DNA of 64,000 nucleotides from Nymphaea colorata (GCF_008831285.2 NC_045138.2:32178001-32242000); one strand, 5' to 3'. Counted from the stretch's first letter, positions 38,675 through 52,428 are shown. Translations and numbers: made by a program. Notes: a model not told the origin generated them from the letters alone.

Positions 38675-40586
38675 ATGACTATGGGGGAGACAATAGGGAG
38701 GCCAACAATGGGTTATCCCCATGGCCGATACGAGCGGGTGACGGCTTCGGGCAGTGAGGACCACCGGAGCCCCGTGGAGGAAAGGAGCAGCACCAGCAGC
38801 AGCAGGAAGTATGTTTTCGCTTGTGCCGTCTTTGCCTCTCTCAATTCTGTTCTCCTTGGATACGGTATGGTTTCCCTGTTTTCTGTTCTCCGTTTCCATC
38901 TCTTCCATCTTTCTACAACCCCAATCGTCTTGTCTGTGGTTCTTTCCACTGATTAAAACCAAGAGGAATCAGAATGAGGCCATACCTCCTGTGAATCTAT
39001 TTCTCTATCCCCCATTTCCAATTGCTTGCTTTTTTAGGAAATTAGAGCCCCCCTTTCTGATGAAGACTTTTTCTATGGTGAAAATTACACGATCTTCTTG
39101 TAGTTCTCCTTGCTGTTTCTTACGATCTGGCCGTCCCCTTTTTTGGTTTCTCAAGTGAAGGATCTCCCTTGTTGTGTCTAATTTGCGCCATGTTGCAGAT
39201 GTTGGCGTGATGAGTGGAGCAATCCTTTTCATACAAGAAGATCTGAAGATTACGGAGGTACAGGAGGAGGTCCTGGTTGGGTGCTTGAGCATTGTCTCTC
39301 TACTTGGAAGCCTCGCCGGCGGCAGAACATCAGATGCCATCGGCCGGAAGTGGACAATGGGCCTCGCCGCCATTGTCTTCCAGTCAGGGGCAGCCCTCAT
39401 GGCTCTTGCTCCCTCCTTCGGCCTTCTCATGGCGGGCAGGCTCTTGGCTGGGATTGGCATTGGCTTCGGCGTCATGATCGCTCCCGTATACATTGCAGAG
39501 ATATCTCCCGCCATTACCAGAGGGGCACTCACCTCCTTCCCTGAGATCTTCATAAATCTGGGAATTCTCCTCGGTTACGTCTCCAATTATTGCTTCTCTA
39601 GTCTGCCTGCCCACTTGAGCTGGAGGGTTATGCTCGCTGTCGGCATCCTCCCCTCCGTGTTCATCGCAGCTGCATTGTTCATAATCCCCGAGTCCCCTCG
39701 ATGGTTAGTTATGCAAGGTCGCTCTGAAGAAGCGAAATGGGTGTTGACAAGGATCACGGAGAGGGAGGAGGAAGTGGAAGAGAGGTTGGCGGAGATTAAG
39801 AAAGCTGCAGAAGCTGGCTGTGCCGACGGCAAGGATCAGGATAAGGCCATCTGGGCCGAGCTACTGAGGCCTTCCCTTCCCCTGCGCCGGATGCTGATCA
39901 CGGGACTTGGGATCCAGAGCTTTCAGCAGATCACCGGCATCGATGCGACCGTCTACTACAGCCCCACCATCTTCAAAGCCGCAGGCATAACCGGAAACAA
40001 AGCACTCATCGGTGCAACTGTTGCTGTCGGCTTCACAAAGACTATGTTCATCTTGGTGGCCATTTGCCTCATCGACAGGGTAGGGAGAAAGCCGCTGCTG
40101 TATGTCAGCACAATCGGCATGACCACTTGCCTTTTCTGTCTGGGCCTTACGTTGACGTTCATGGGCAGCGGCCATGAACCTAAAGGAGGAGGAGCTGTTG
40201 GTATTGCCATAGCCGTCTTGGCCGTCTGCGGAAACGTCGCCTTCTTCTCTGTGGGCATTGGACCAGTCTGCTGGGTCCTGACTTCTGAGATCTTCCCTCT
40301 GAGGCTCCGAGCACAAGCGGCGGCACTTGGTGCCGTAGGAAACAGAGTATGCAGTGGCTTGGTAGCCATGTCCTTCCTCTCCGTCTCTCGTATCATCTCT
40401 GTAGGTGGTACCTTCTTCGCCTTCTCTGTGATCTCGGCCTTGTCTGTCGTGTTCGTCTATACTTGTGTTCCAGAGACGAAAGGGAAAACTCTGGAACAGA
40501 TCGAAATGCTTTTCCAACACGGGGATAGAGAGTGGCAAAAAGTTGAAATTGAGCTCGGTGATGCTGAGCACTTGGTTGAGAAATAA
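38675..40586 (+). CDS. PLT4: Polyol/monosaccharide transporter (MFS sugar porter), PLT4/PMT4-like, about 525 aa
   Basis: Exon 1 38675-38864 (...RKYVFACAVFASLNSVLLGY, donor G|GTATG) and exon 2 39199-40586 (acceptor TGCAG; DVGVMSGAILFIQEDLKI). Sugar-porter motifs SDAIGRK, PVYIAEISP, PESPRWL, QQITGID, DRVGRKPLL and PETKGKTLEQIE. The start could also be 38681 or 38708. Confidence 0.96.
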
Positions 40587-41870
40587 TGATGAGTAACAGC
40601 TGAGGAAGATCCTGCAACAAGAGTTAAAGTAGGGCCTCGAATACCTGCCTACTGGTTAGAGCATCTTCTGGGGTTCTACAGGCGATTCACCCCCCTGTAC
40701 TTTTAGCTACAGGGGTTCTTCACCTGGAGATGACCTTCTTTTTTGTGAAATGCCCATCATCACATCTGGGTTGCAAATTTGCATTTCCCAATATAATCTA
40801 GTTAGGGAAGTATAGATCAATATTGTTTATGAATGCAAGTTTGATCCATGCACTGTAGAAAAACATTTTTTAAGAAACATGCCCACTTCAGCTTTCTTGT
40901 GTCATAGTGGGAGGAAAAAAAAAGAATATTAATGAAACATGAATAAACATGTTAGAGGCACCTTATGCTCTCTCTTTTCCTTTTATATTTAAGTTGGCTC
41001 ATTCACTGTGAGTATTCTTTAATTTGATGTTCAATAGAAATGTTTACTGGTATGTATCAATACGATGCTTGTTGCATGTGATGGCCTCCCTTCAGGTTTT
41101 GTCTTTTCAGCCCTTTTTCAAGGTTTTTTTTTTATACTTCAATGAATAGCTTCAGGTGGGCAGAGACCTAGTAGTACATTTCCACGAAAAAATAATACGG
41201 AAAATGGCCAAATAAAACAATTTAATTAAGTAATTAATTAAATCTGTAGTTTAATTAATTAATTAAATCTGCATTTAGCCTCCAACCTGCTGCTTACGCC
41301 TGTGTAATTCCAGGTGCACTCTATAGATTCTGGCCCATTTCCTTGCAAGAGGATTACATTCACGAGAGACCTCAAAATGTTCCGCTAAAAGCTGAAGTGA
41401 AACTGTTGTTAAGAAAGATAACCGTTCAACATCAGGCTGCTCTCTCAACTTAGCCACATTGTAATTGAATCTGCCATTAATCCTCCGGGATTCAGCCTGC
41501 AGAAAGGCTCCAGTTTCCATTTATGTGCTTTCAAGGACTTTTTTTTTGTTCTTGGTTCACATGAATTACGTGTATTCTTTTCAATATTAAATTTTGACAG
41601 TGAATAACCTCAAGTGTATCGGGCAATCAGGTGGCAAGGCAGTTCACATCCAAGGGGTTTACAATATAGTATCTGGGCTTTTGAGCTTGTCTGAACAGTA
41701 TTCTTGTTTTATTATTGTATGCATTCATGACAAACATTAGCTACACTAAAATAAGAAAGCACACAGAGGTTTACCAAATAAAGCAGCAGGTTGAAACCTT
41801 ATATAAGGTGCATGCACCTGTATCAATCTCACAATGAGAAAAATGCCCTTGTCTTCACATTTCTTACAGA

Positions 41871-42263
41871 CTCTGTCACACGGATACTTGCGTTTAGCCC
41901 ACGTACCCGTATCCGATACGCGAACACATGTGTCCAGATACAAGACACGGCTGGAACACACCAAAAAATAAATTATTAGTTTAATGTTTTTTTTTTTCAT
42001 TTTATCATTTTTTTGTGATGCATCCAATTATTTTCATCAACAATCTTTTCAAATACTCAGCACTTTTGTGATAAAACAAATTTTTTTATAACAGTGAACT
42101 ATTAGTTTAATGTTTTTTTTCATTTATTATTTTTGAGAATATAAAATTTGCCGTATCCGCGTATCTAAAATTTTCAAAATTGTCGTGTCTGTATCAAAAT
42201 TGTTGTGTCTGTACCTGTATCGCCGTACCCGTATCGTATCGTACCCGCACCCATGTGACATAG
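41871..42263. mobile_element. Non-autonomous hAT-type MITE with a perfect TSD
   Basis: TIRs CTCTGTCACACGG / CCATGTGACATAG. The 8-bp TSD CTTACAGA is perfect on both sides (41863-41870, 42264-42271). Subterminal GTACCCGTATC repeats. Confidence 0.9.
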
Positions 42264-42397
42264 CTTACAGATGATACATTCAGGTGCATCTAAGCTTTCA
42301 GGCGTGCCCTTTAATGCAAATCTTTTCATTCTCAGTTTTCAACAAGTAATTGAGGTGCTCCGCTTTCCTTCACTAGCTGCAACATCTCCCTAGCAAA

Positions 42398-42531
42398 GAA
42401 TTTGGATCTCAATTAGTCGATATTTTGATAATGTAAATCAATCAAAAGATTTTTATTGTTAAAACATCGACTAATTGAGATCAATCAAAACATTTTAATT
42501 ATTCAAACATCGACTAATTGAGATCCAAGTT
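42398..42531. repeat. Inverted repeat (MITE-like) with a duplicated right arm
   Basis: GAATTTGGATCTCAATTAGTCGAT is inverted relative to ATCGACTAATTGAGATC, which occurs twice (about 42466 and about 42509). Confidence 0.75.
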
Positions 42532-42899
42532 CTTCCGTTATACTAGATAAGTAGACAAACAAGTACTGCTATAAGCAAACGAAAGTATTAATCTTTGCAT
42601 TTTGCATATTAACCCCACCCCACACCCCCTTTTCATCCCTTCTTTTTCTCTCCTTGGAGAGGGGAGGGTAAATGAAGAACTTGTAAATTGAACTACCCAT
42701 ATATAAAGTACAATCCACCCATCTTGACCTTTCTATATTAGATATATCCAACTCAAAATCAATGTCAAGATAAAAAGATATTAAAGTATATGTTGACAAT
42801 GCTACAAATGTTAAGTCAGCTCTTTGTTATTTTATCTATGCTTGAAGCAGTTTTCTTTTTACAATTTTTTAAATATTTTGGTGATAGTTTGGCAGTTTG

Positions 42900-43010
42900 A
42901 ACGAGGTGAAGCCTCTCCACTTTTCCCTACCCCTACCTTCAGGATCCAGTGCTGCTTCGGGACGTACGTGGTCCTATAATATGCATTTTAACGTGTCATG
43001 TATGCCATTG
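42900..43010 (-). mobile_element. 5'-truncated copy of the SINE family at 59868 and 62294
   Basis: The reverse complement shares CATGACAC, GAAGCAG and AGGGAAAAG.GGAG.GGCTTCACCTC with the 59868 copy. Confidence 0.55.
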
Positions 43011-43798
43011 TAGTTCAACGTAATAGTAACCACAAGAATCAAACTGAGGACGCATCGAGAGCATGATACTCAAACCAACAGTTATGCCAATGCTCTTTGA
43101 AGCCAATATTGTGGTGATTCTTTCTGCTCAAAGTTAAATGAAGGCACACATTGCCTTAGATAAGGGTGTGTAATCTTATTCAGGTTTAAACTTGAATCCT
43201 TTAGTTGGGTTTTATTGGAAAAGTCAGATCAGTTTACCAATTGAATTTAATTTAAGATTTTAAATTCGGTATGCTGTTTCGTAATTGAAACTCTAAGTTC
43301 TATCTGAGTAGAATTGGTAAAGGTCTGACCTGAAGTACACGTAAATGTGGCATTGTATGCTACTCAGGTTTGAATTCCAATTTCAAAACTGATGTCCAAA
43401 TTTGAGTCTAAATCCAAATCTAATTCGCGGAGTCTGGTTATGCTATCAGTAAAGGCTGGATTTAACCCGAATCTGAACCCTTATATCCAAAAGTGATACC
43501 AAGCTAAATTTTTTTGGGTGAGCTGCATCAGTGGGGTTCATCAACAAGATACCAAATTTGAACAACACTTGAAAATTTTCTCTTTCGGTTTCTTCAATGT
43601 CATTAAAGTTGAGAAAACAAAATCCGTTTGAGATGCCACGGCTTATCATGGATCCAAACGGTTCGAATTCGGGTTTGACATCTAAGCATACACAACAATT
43701 TAGATAATTCATCTTTACTAGTTAGAAAAAAGATTCAGCTAATTAAGATCCAGATATGAGCCACATTAATTAAGCTTTATACTTGAATTAAATTAACC

Positions 43799-43987
43799 CA
43801 GGGGCGGAGCCAGGGGCCGCATGGGCCCTGGCCCCACCTAATTTTTTTTTTTTAATTTTACGTGTAAATTTTTTTTTTAAAATATCTGTCCTATATAAAA
43901 ATTTTGAAAAATGTTATTTCAGCCCATGTCAAAATTTAAAAACTTTAATTCGGCCTCCCTCATGAAAAATTTGTGGCTTCGCCCCTC
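43799..43987. mobile_element. Non-autonomous hAT-type MITE (CAGGGGCGGAGCC termini)
   Basis: Starts CAGGGGCGGAGCCA and ends TGGCTTCGCCCCTC, with an AT-rich core. No matching TSD seen. Confidence 0.75.
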
Positions 43988-44156
43988 TCTACCTTCCAAA
44001 TTGAGTGCTGTTTTAACTGATCATATTAGACAATGAATTAAAGCCTGTGTAAGTTCATGCTTGCTAGTCCCACTTAAATTAGGCTTATTACACCTAGACT
44101 AGCACTCGAGCATATTATCACTTGTATCCATAGCTAAGATGTTGATATGTTATTGG

Positions 44157-44397
44157 AGGGTCTTTTATGAGAAGAACATTATGTTCTTAGAATGCATGTT
44201 TTTAAAACACGTTCTAAAAATACCATGCAACTGTTTCAGAAACATAATGTGATTATGTCTACCATTTGATTAATAAGTCTTTAAAAAGCATCCATGATCA
44301 CACTTTATTTTCTGAAACAAGAACATGGTACTTTTGAAATATGTATTCTAAGAACATGCATTAAGAACGTAATATTCTTTTTATCAAGCGCTTTTAA
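44157..44397. mobile_element. MITE-like fold-back element
   Basis: ATGTTCTTAGAATGCATGTTTTTAAAA is inverted relative to TTTTGAAATATGTATTCTAAGAACAT, with further imperfect outer pairing. Confidence 0.55.
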
Positions 44398-44640
44398 GAG
44401 TTGATTCACCCCTCATGAAGTCGCATTTGGGATTTATCATTTTGAAAGCATGGAACTGCGTTTTTCTTTAATCTTGCTTTGAGAACCATGGATCTCTTGG
44501 CTAGACAAAGCCAAAACATGAGAATGTATTCCTTTTTTTTTTTCATTTTGCTTATCGATTTCTGTGAACTTGTATCCTCGACCCTGATTTTAAGAAAATG
44601 TGATATGGGCATGGCCCTACACTGTAACACCTCCTTGGCA

Positions 44641-44665
44641 AGAGAGAGAGAGAGAGAGAGAGAGA
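44641..44665. repeat. (AG)n microsatellite
   Basis: Directly visible. Confidence 0.95.
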
Positions 44666-44924
44666 GGTTAATGCTGGAACAAGGAACTCAGTGTTCTCTA
44701 ATCCATTCGGGCATGTATGACACGCAAGGCCAAGTTCTTCTCAATTAAGCAACCCCAGGTGAGTCTCCTGATTTCATTGAGTTATTTGCCATTATTTTAC
44801 ACTCACATAAATTTGTTGACGGCAACTAGTTAGAGTCACCTTAAAATTCTTTTTATTGGGATCTAAAAACCTCTTTTTTTTCTTTTGTTGTTAAAAGTGA
44901 CTGGTTCATTCTACCGCCCCCTAA

Positions 44925-45058
44925 AAAAAGTCACTGCCTTCCCCTATGCCCACCCTTTTGAGCGCATTGGAACGTGACAGTGACCACTCCAAGACTCGAA
45001 CTTGAATCCTTAGAGGAGCCGGACTACCTTGCAGCTTAGTATGCTACCACCCCTCGAG
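44925..45058 (-). mobile_element. Possible tRNA-derived SINE (second family)
   Basis: The minus strand has a B-box-like AAGTTCGAGTC about 45 nt downstream of a weak A-box-like GGTAGCATACT. No tRNA cloverleaf. Confidence 0.35.
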
Positions 45059-46314
45059 GTAAGAATCTTAAAAAAAAAAAGAAAAAGCTTTGAATAGTTT
45101 AACAATGGCCACATCTTGCTCCGAATTTAGGAAAGGTTGCAGCTGTAAAAGAAATCTGACCATTTTCTTTAGTTGATTTATTTGACGTATTGATCAGTTG
45201 ATTTATTTGACGTATTAATCATCAGGCCATTTTCTTGGTCACCTTTTCTTGGGTCCCTCACTGGATGAAACTTCCAATGTTAAACAGATTTAGCCACAAA
45301 GGGCATATAACTGGTCGGGCTGGCGGGTTGGTAAGAGCCCGATCATGAATTTGACTCCCTGGGCATTGTTCCTTTGAACTGCAAATAATCAAATAATGGT
45401 GAGTGCTACACTTCAACTTCAACAATGGTGAGTGCTACACTCCAGTTGATGTGTTGATGGGTGTAAGCATAAGATCATTCAAGTCTTGAACATTTAGAGA
45501 ATGAAAACATACACAAGAAATTAAAACAAACATATCCAAAGAATTTGAAACAAAATCATGTTCATCTTGATGGTCCAATCTTGGCAGCCATTTTGCTACC
45601 GGTGATTATTGAGGTCAAATTTTTGTGTACTTTTGTGTTCACTTTTGTGTAAGATAGAACAGGGGGGCAGACAGACAAACGCCTAACGATATAGATTTAT
45701 TAAGCTTAATCGAATCCAGCTACTGGAACTAGCCGGAGCACACCCTACACAGGTTCATTGAGCTTGATCAAAGTTGCTTATTTGAGCAAGTCTTACAGAT
45801 TTATACAAGAAAGAGCTGCAGAGATGCAAAGAATTACTCCATCATACCCTAGAACATTGCAGTTATTTAATTTTATACAAATCTCTTATTCACCTCAGAT
45901 CATCATAACTATGCAACATAAAATGTGAACTACTTTGATTACTAAAACGAATCTTAGGCAGAAATATTACAAGCAGGAAACAAAACAAACTTATTTATGT
46001 CTGAGTATAAAAAGGAAACTCAAGGCAGTCCAACAATGCAGCCACTTGAACAAAGCCAAAACACACTATAAACCCAAGGAACTGCGGAAGGCTCTACAGA
46101 ATGTGCTGGAAGCCACCAAGGGGAAGGAAGTATTCAACACACTGACACACCTTGCTTTTCCCATCTTTTAAAGCTTCTTCATGGTTGATGAAATTTTCCT
46201 ACTCGACATGCCAGTTAGATCGCAGCTTCAACGTTTTTCAGGAGAGAATACCTTTCTCACTGATGCACCAATCAAGAGCAAGACTTAAAAACACAGATCC
46301 CAAGCACCAAATTC

Positions 46315-49300
46315 TTAATAGGAGTCATGAGCAGGGCTTTCCTCATGAATGTCCATTGAAGAATCATTTGAATTAGAGGCATGGATTTCCCTGTTTTGAT
46401 GGGAATGGGCTTGGCACACCTGAAGAGATTGGACACCACCACTAATGTCGTGATTTTGTGAAAATGTGCCATGCTGGTCCGTGTCAGAGGAGCCGACTCT
46501 CCTCCCTCCATTTCCACTCTGCAACACATTGCTGGGCAAATAACCAGCCTGAGCTAAATGAAATGGCTGAAGGCTTCTCCGCACTGGACTGGATAAAGCA
46601 TTAGAAAAAATCGAATTCTTGTGCTGATCAGAATGGCTAGGTCGTGCGCCCTGAGCCAGAGCCTGTCCAGTTACACCAGGATATGCTAAGGAATTATTCA
46701 AAAGGAACATCTGGGGCTGAGCATTCTGGTGATACATTTGAGACCCTGGAGATGTCGATGTTTCTTCTCCACTGCAATCAAGCTCATTCTACAATTTGTC
46801 AAAAAAACAAACATTTAGTACATGTGCTGAATACATATTCCAGTACATTCCCTTTAACTAGAAAGACTGGTCGGCAACATGAATCCATATGAGTAAGGGA
46901 ACTATAAATAAAGTTGTCGTATCATGCTTTCCACTTCATTTCAAGGAATGGTCAGTAAATTAAATGGTTCCTAGCAACCATGGGGATTTGAATCTCAAAT
47001 TCAACCTAATCACTAATCAGCTACCCAAGAAGAGAGCCCGCCAAACTCTTCTTGCAACATGGTGATAAAAGGTTTAAAAATAATAAACCCCTTGGAGAAT
47101 CCACATATTGAACAAGTTATGCTGTTTAGTATAGAACTTCACCAAGTTGGGTTCAGGAACATCTAAAAGTGATTTTCTGTCAAATAGTTATTAACCTAGC
47201 ACCGGAACAATCCAATCGACTTCTGAATTGGATCCAAGTGACACATTCAATCACAATGTGTAATTTTTGAATTGGCTAATAGATCTTACACATCTAGAAA
47301 AAGGATCACTCGCCTACAAAGATATAACCCATCCTTCATATAGACCAAGGAACTATCCATTTCATTTAGCTGATATAAGTCCCGACAGTTTATGGCCCCT
47401 GTGCACATTTCTTTTGCAGCCTTTCTGCTAGTGTATCCACATATTTTAAACAAAAATAGTTTCCCGCCACTGCATCGGGTTAAACCTAAGGCATACTGAG
47501 CTACATTAGCAAAATAACAAGAATAGTTAAACTACCCTATTAGCATGCATATCTTTCTCAAGTTAATCAGCCCAACATGGATGCAGATTAACTATTAGAC
47601 AGCAAAAGATACAACACATTGTATCAGTAAGTGTGCAATATGCATGCAGAGGTTTTGGGACCCAGTTGATAATAGGTTTGCAGAAGTCTCTTTGCTATCC
47701 TGTCATAGTTAAAATCATTGTCAAAAATATCATTTCATGTTTTAAACAGTGAGGTTTTCCTCAGTATAATACCGCAAACTTGACAAAAATGGGAAAATAT
47801 GGTCAACTAAGTCACATAGGTACAGGTACAGGAAAGCGGGTATGGGTACGGAATTTTAGAAAATCTTGGTATGGAGGTATGGCAAAAAAAAAAAAGTGTA
47901 AGAGTGTGTGTGTGTGTATATATATACACACACACACACAACACATCATGAAGACGACGTTTAATAGTTTCTTTCATAATTCATACATATAATCTCATAA
48001 AACATAAATAAGCTAATACAAATATGATTAAAACATGAGAAAAATGTGAAAAATGTGGTTTGGATCGGTTCCAGGTTTAAAATGTTTGGAAAGAACACAT
48101 TTTTTTGTGACTAAGGTTAAAATAGAAATAGCTAACTACTTCCAATTATACATATATACAGATGTATGAAGAGCACCTCATTCTAATTGGAACACTCACC
48201 TAGAAATAAAAGAAATCAAAGCACATCAATTTTATATTCTCTGGCAGCAATTGGGATCTGATTTACTCACAAAATCTAGTATCACATAAAAAATGGATAT
48301 ATTTGGTCCCCAAAATGACTCTAGTTCTAAACTTACCATCTGCAAAAACATTCTATTACAATTAGAACCTGAAAAAATTGGTTGGAGTTCTCTTATAAAA
48401 GGACACAAGGATAAAACGCTGTATCTAATTATCTACAGAAGAACTAGGTGCCTGAGGAAATGGCTACGGAAGCAAAGAATATCCTATTACTTTGTTATTC
48501 ACAGTCACACACTAAAGAGGGAAAAATTGCTCTCTGAAGAATAATAAGATTGATCATTTTAGTTTCTTCAAAGTATAAACCAATGTTCCTGAGAACTTAT
48601 GTAACATTTCAAAGGTAACATTCGTGGTGGAGCACAGGATACACCAACCGTCACAAGCAAAACAGCTAGATGCAATTTATCAAAGGAGCCTTCTGATGCT
48701 CCTATATTATGATCGAATATCAAAGTGTACCATATTTAAGAAGAAAATAAACTAAAGCAAGGGAGACAACAGGAAGAAACAAAATAGCCAAGATAAGCAA
48801 CATAATTGCAATTTGAATCTCAGGATCTCAGACAGCACCAATAATGAAGTCGGTTATTATGCCTACTGGTAGTAGAGCATTCTCTGTAAGCATTGTGCAC
48901 AAAAAACCTAAAGCTCCTAAAGCTCTTCTATATACATCATCACTGCAAAGTGCAAACCCCTTTTCTCGTGGGGGACAACTTCTTCTCCCTCCCATTTTCA
49001 TCCCTGTCATTTGTGTCTGGGGTTGTATAAAATCTGAGAGTTTGGCTGGGTTTTAAACTAAAGCTAATGTAGATCAAACTAACAAACTGTCCTGCACAAT
49101 TCACGAACAAAGGGGAGAACTCCAGGTAGACATACAAAAGCCTATACTTTCCCGAACTGCATAAACATCTTTAGTTTGTTCTTGTTATTGCCATTATGTT
49201 TGCAGTCCTCGGTACTCAGATCATGTCAAAATAGACAAGCAAGAAAATACATGGCAATTATCAAAATGTATAGGGCGTTTTTCAAGAGAGTCAGTCATAG

Positions 49301-51987
49301 AAGCTTTTACTACCATCCGTTTTGGTCCAAAATTTGGGGCTAAGAGAATCCAGAATCTCCAGATCCCATACAACTCATGTGTTGACTTTACATCAGGCTT
49401 ATCTCTTCAAATACAAGTCCTTAAAACTATCTGGAAAGAGATAATTGCCTTTCTTCTTAAAAGCAAAAAAAGAATTTTGATCTTATTATTTGTAGCTCAA
49501 CAGTATTTTTGCATGTGCCATTTAGCTAAGAAATTCTTATATGAGGTATATCATCTCATCCACTGCATTTCAGTTTTTTTCAATAAGCTGAGCTGTGATG
49601 TTGGAGATCTACTTTCTCCTTGATATGTCATCTGATTCATTAGATTCCATTTGCTTATTCAGCTGGGAGTGATACTGCTTTGTATACCATAATTATTGTG
49701 TCAACACTGTCAAGGACTTAGAGGGCCACGAGCTGAGAGACTTGAAAGTTGAAATATACCCACCAAGATATTTCATGCAGAGATTTCATGTAAAGTATTA
49801 TGTCTTGCATTGTTTCTAGTTTGGCTAATATTTCATTTTGTCATTCATGGACAGTATCATAATCTTTCTACAGCAATGAATATCAATACGATCAGTAATC
49901 AGTATTGCACTAGCATATATACTTGTTAGAGGATTTTTTTTCTAGGTCAGGTGTATTTATATATCATCTTTTAGAAGGTTTTGTTAGGACAAGTCGATTT
50001 GGGGATGACCCCACTTGTGTGTGTGCATAAATACATTGTTTTGTTAGAATGTTTTGCTAAGATAGGTTGATTTGGAACAGGTTTTAAACTAAATGTTTGG
50101 TGACTGCTTGGACTGAATGTATGAAATTACCATATAGACATGTGACTTACTTTGCTGAATGCATGAAATTATTTGCTTACTAAAGATTGTATCTCATTGT
50201 ATTTATGATCGTTTATTTCCTCTAAAGTGTTAAAGCGTTTACATTATTTTGATTTTTTGTCTTCATTTTTCTTATCAATTCTTATTTGATTTTTAAATTA
50301 AAAAATTATGCTTTTTTCTATTAATCATATTCACAAACCATTCCAATTCCAATTCTAATTTGATTCACCAATCCACTGAAGTATTCGGCTATACAATTCC
50401 ACTCAAAACCCGATTTTGATAAGATTAGTAAGCTAAAGAAAGAAACAGTTATTCATGTTTTATATTGACCTTGGAAATATAATTTACGAAAGTGTAGCCA
50501 ACAAATTTTCATATACTCAACAAGATTACGACAATTTGAAAAATGAACACCTCACGATGAGGTATACTAATAAGTAGTATGGTATACTAATATTAATGAT
50601 CACTAGAACAGGAAAAGAATGTACCCAAAAGAAACACACACTCACAGATTCTTTGTATGCATGACGAAACAAGAATTACCTGTGATGTTGAACTAACAAA
50701 GGGAAAAATCAACATCATCTACAAGTCCAACTAAGGCACCCAAGGTTAGGGGGAAAATATCGCTCATTTGAAAACCTTGGCATCCACAAGATAGGGGCAT
50801 AGTAAGAGAAGACATGAGGCAGGTAATACAACACGATAAGGATAAAAGGACAACATATAAGATGAAAATGGAAATGATATCTGACAGAATAAAAGATTCA
50901 GCGAGATATAGACCTGTAAATAAGCAACAATATCTGCTGCAGTCACCCTTGCTCCTTCTTCATGTTGCCTCAGTATCCACTGGTACAGTTTCTCCTGATG
51001 AATATATAACAATCATAAGTACCTGAATAAATGAACATGTTAATAAACGACAACTACATAACATCGTTGCCTTTCCGTTGCAAAAAAGCAACCACTAGCC
51101 ATTCAGATTTAGTAGCCTTCGAGGTGCTTGTTGAACAACTTAGTCGTCGCTCCATTAGCATATTTGCCTAGCAACGATGTCCTTTATACTCCTTAGGAAG
51201 CAAGATTCTAGCTGCTTTACCAAATAAATTTGATCGCCGAGGACCATGACAAATGAATCAGGTTATCCAATAAAAAATAACTAATATCTAGGTCTAGGAA
51301 CTCGAGTATCGAACAACTTTGCCTACGTTCCCGAAGGCAACCCAACCCGACGGATAAGCATTAATTCCTTTGAGGGCCTTTTGTTCAAATAGACTGACTT
51401 CTGGCGACATTCATATCACTAACAGAAGACAAACTAGAAAACGTCCAGTTTTTGAGAAGTCCTAGATCAAACAAGTGAAATAGGGGTAACCTGCACTTAT
51501 TCACTCATTAGTATAAAGACAAAATCAACCAAAAAACATCTAACGCTCTAGAAGTCTAGACCATCTTGTCCAGAGCAATCCAAATCAGTATCTTAAATAC
51601 CGACAATCCAAGATAAGAAATTAAGCATGGAAAGCAACAAAACAAGAATATATATATTCCAACCAACAAAACAATATGCCCTTCCTAAAACCCCCAAACG
51701 CAATCACGCCGATGCATAGGATTCATGGAGCACCAATGGCACAAAACTCCAAAACCCCAAAACGAAGGGAAGTTACAAACAAAACCCAAATTCGATGAAA
51801 AAATATCTAATTGAATCTGAATTCTCACCATCCCGTGCCTCTCACCCGCCTGGAAGGCGAGTTTCTGCTGGTTCTGCGCCTGCGTGTATAGCTGCGATAG
51901 TGAATTGGCAGCGCTGCAGAAGGTGCTGTACATGGTCCTGTCTACCTCATCCAAGCCCGTTGCATCGGATTTCCTCTTCTTCGCCAT
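46315..51987 (-). CDS. Three-exon conserved plant protein (237 aa), HAPSTR1/C16orf72 (DUF4588/TAPR1)-like; family often labelled 'holocarboxylase synthetase' in plant annotations
   Basis: Exons 51987-51829 (MAKKRKSDATGLDEVDRTMYSTFCSAANSLSQLYTQAQNQQKLAFQAGERHGM), 50994-50914 (EKLYQWILRQHEEGARVTAADIVAYLQ) and 46788-46315 (NELDCSGEETSTSP...DSSMDIHEESPAHDSY*). All introns are GT-AG, phase 0. N-terminal KKRK is NLS-like. The gene model is solid; the family name is inference. Confidence 0.9.
47807..48115. mobile_element. Degenerate MITE related to the 41871 and 9096 family, in an intron
   Basis: Starts CTAAGTCACATAGGTAC with GGTACAGG/GGTACGG repeats and ends TGTGACTAAG. TSD unclear. Confidence 0.5.
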
Positions 51988-52217
51988 TCTCTTCAGAGAC
52001 TCAACGATAACAAATATGCCAAAGAGAAGGAACGGAAAAAGAGAAAAATCTTAAAATTGCTCAGTCGGCTGGGCCTGGAATATCCTCTTCAGGTGGAAGA
52101 CAAGAACCCTGGAGCTTGCGCCATGAAGAGAACCAGCAAAAGAGGGAAAACTAACGAAGATGAAGAGAAACCCTCCTTGACGGTGCGGGAAAGAAAGCGC
52201 GAGTAGCAGCCTCGTGC

Positions 52218-52225
52218 TATATAAC
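52218..52225 (-). promoter_or_regulatory. TATA box candidate for the 46315-51987 gene
   Basis: The minus strand reads GTTATATAG about 230 nt upstream of the ATG, followed by a pyrimidine-rich leader. Confidence 0.4.
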
Positions 52226-52396
52226 TGAAAAAAAAAATGAAAAACGAAAATACAGGGAGGAGAAAAAGGTTGTAAAATTCAATTGTAATTAAAGTAAATT
52301 AATTGATGGAAAAGATGCTTGTAAAAAATGAAATATGGGAATATTGCGAGGAATATGAAAAATTAATTCCAAAGTATTGATGTTCGTACTTTCGTT

Positions 52397-52428
<32 letters not shown>
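52397..52428. repeat. (TA)n microsatellite
   Basis: Directly visible. Confidence 0.9.

Noticed and set aside
39005..40620. Long antisense and alternative-frame ORFs over the transporter (182, 236 and 146 aa)
   Set aside because: Shadows of a GC-rich coding exon; no recognisable motifs.
50995..51025. Alternative upstream acceptor (TTCAG) for exon 2 of the HAPSTR1-like gene
   Set aside because: It would add 28 nt and shift the frame; no evidence of use.
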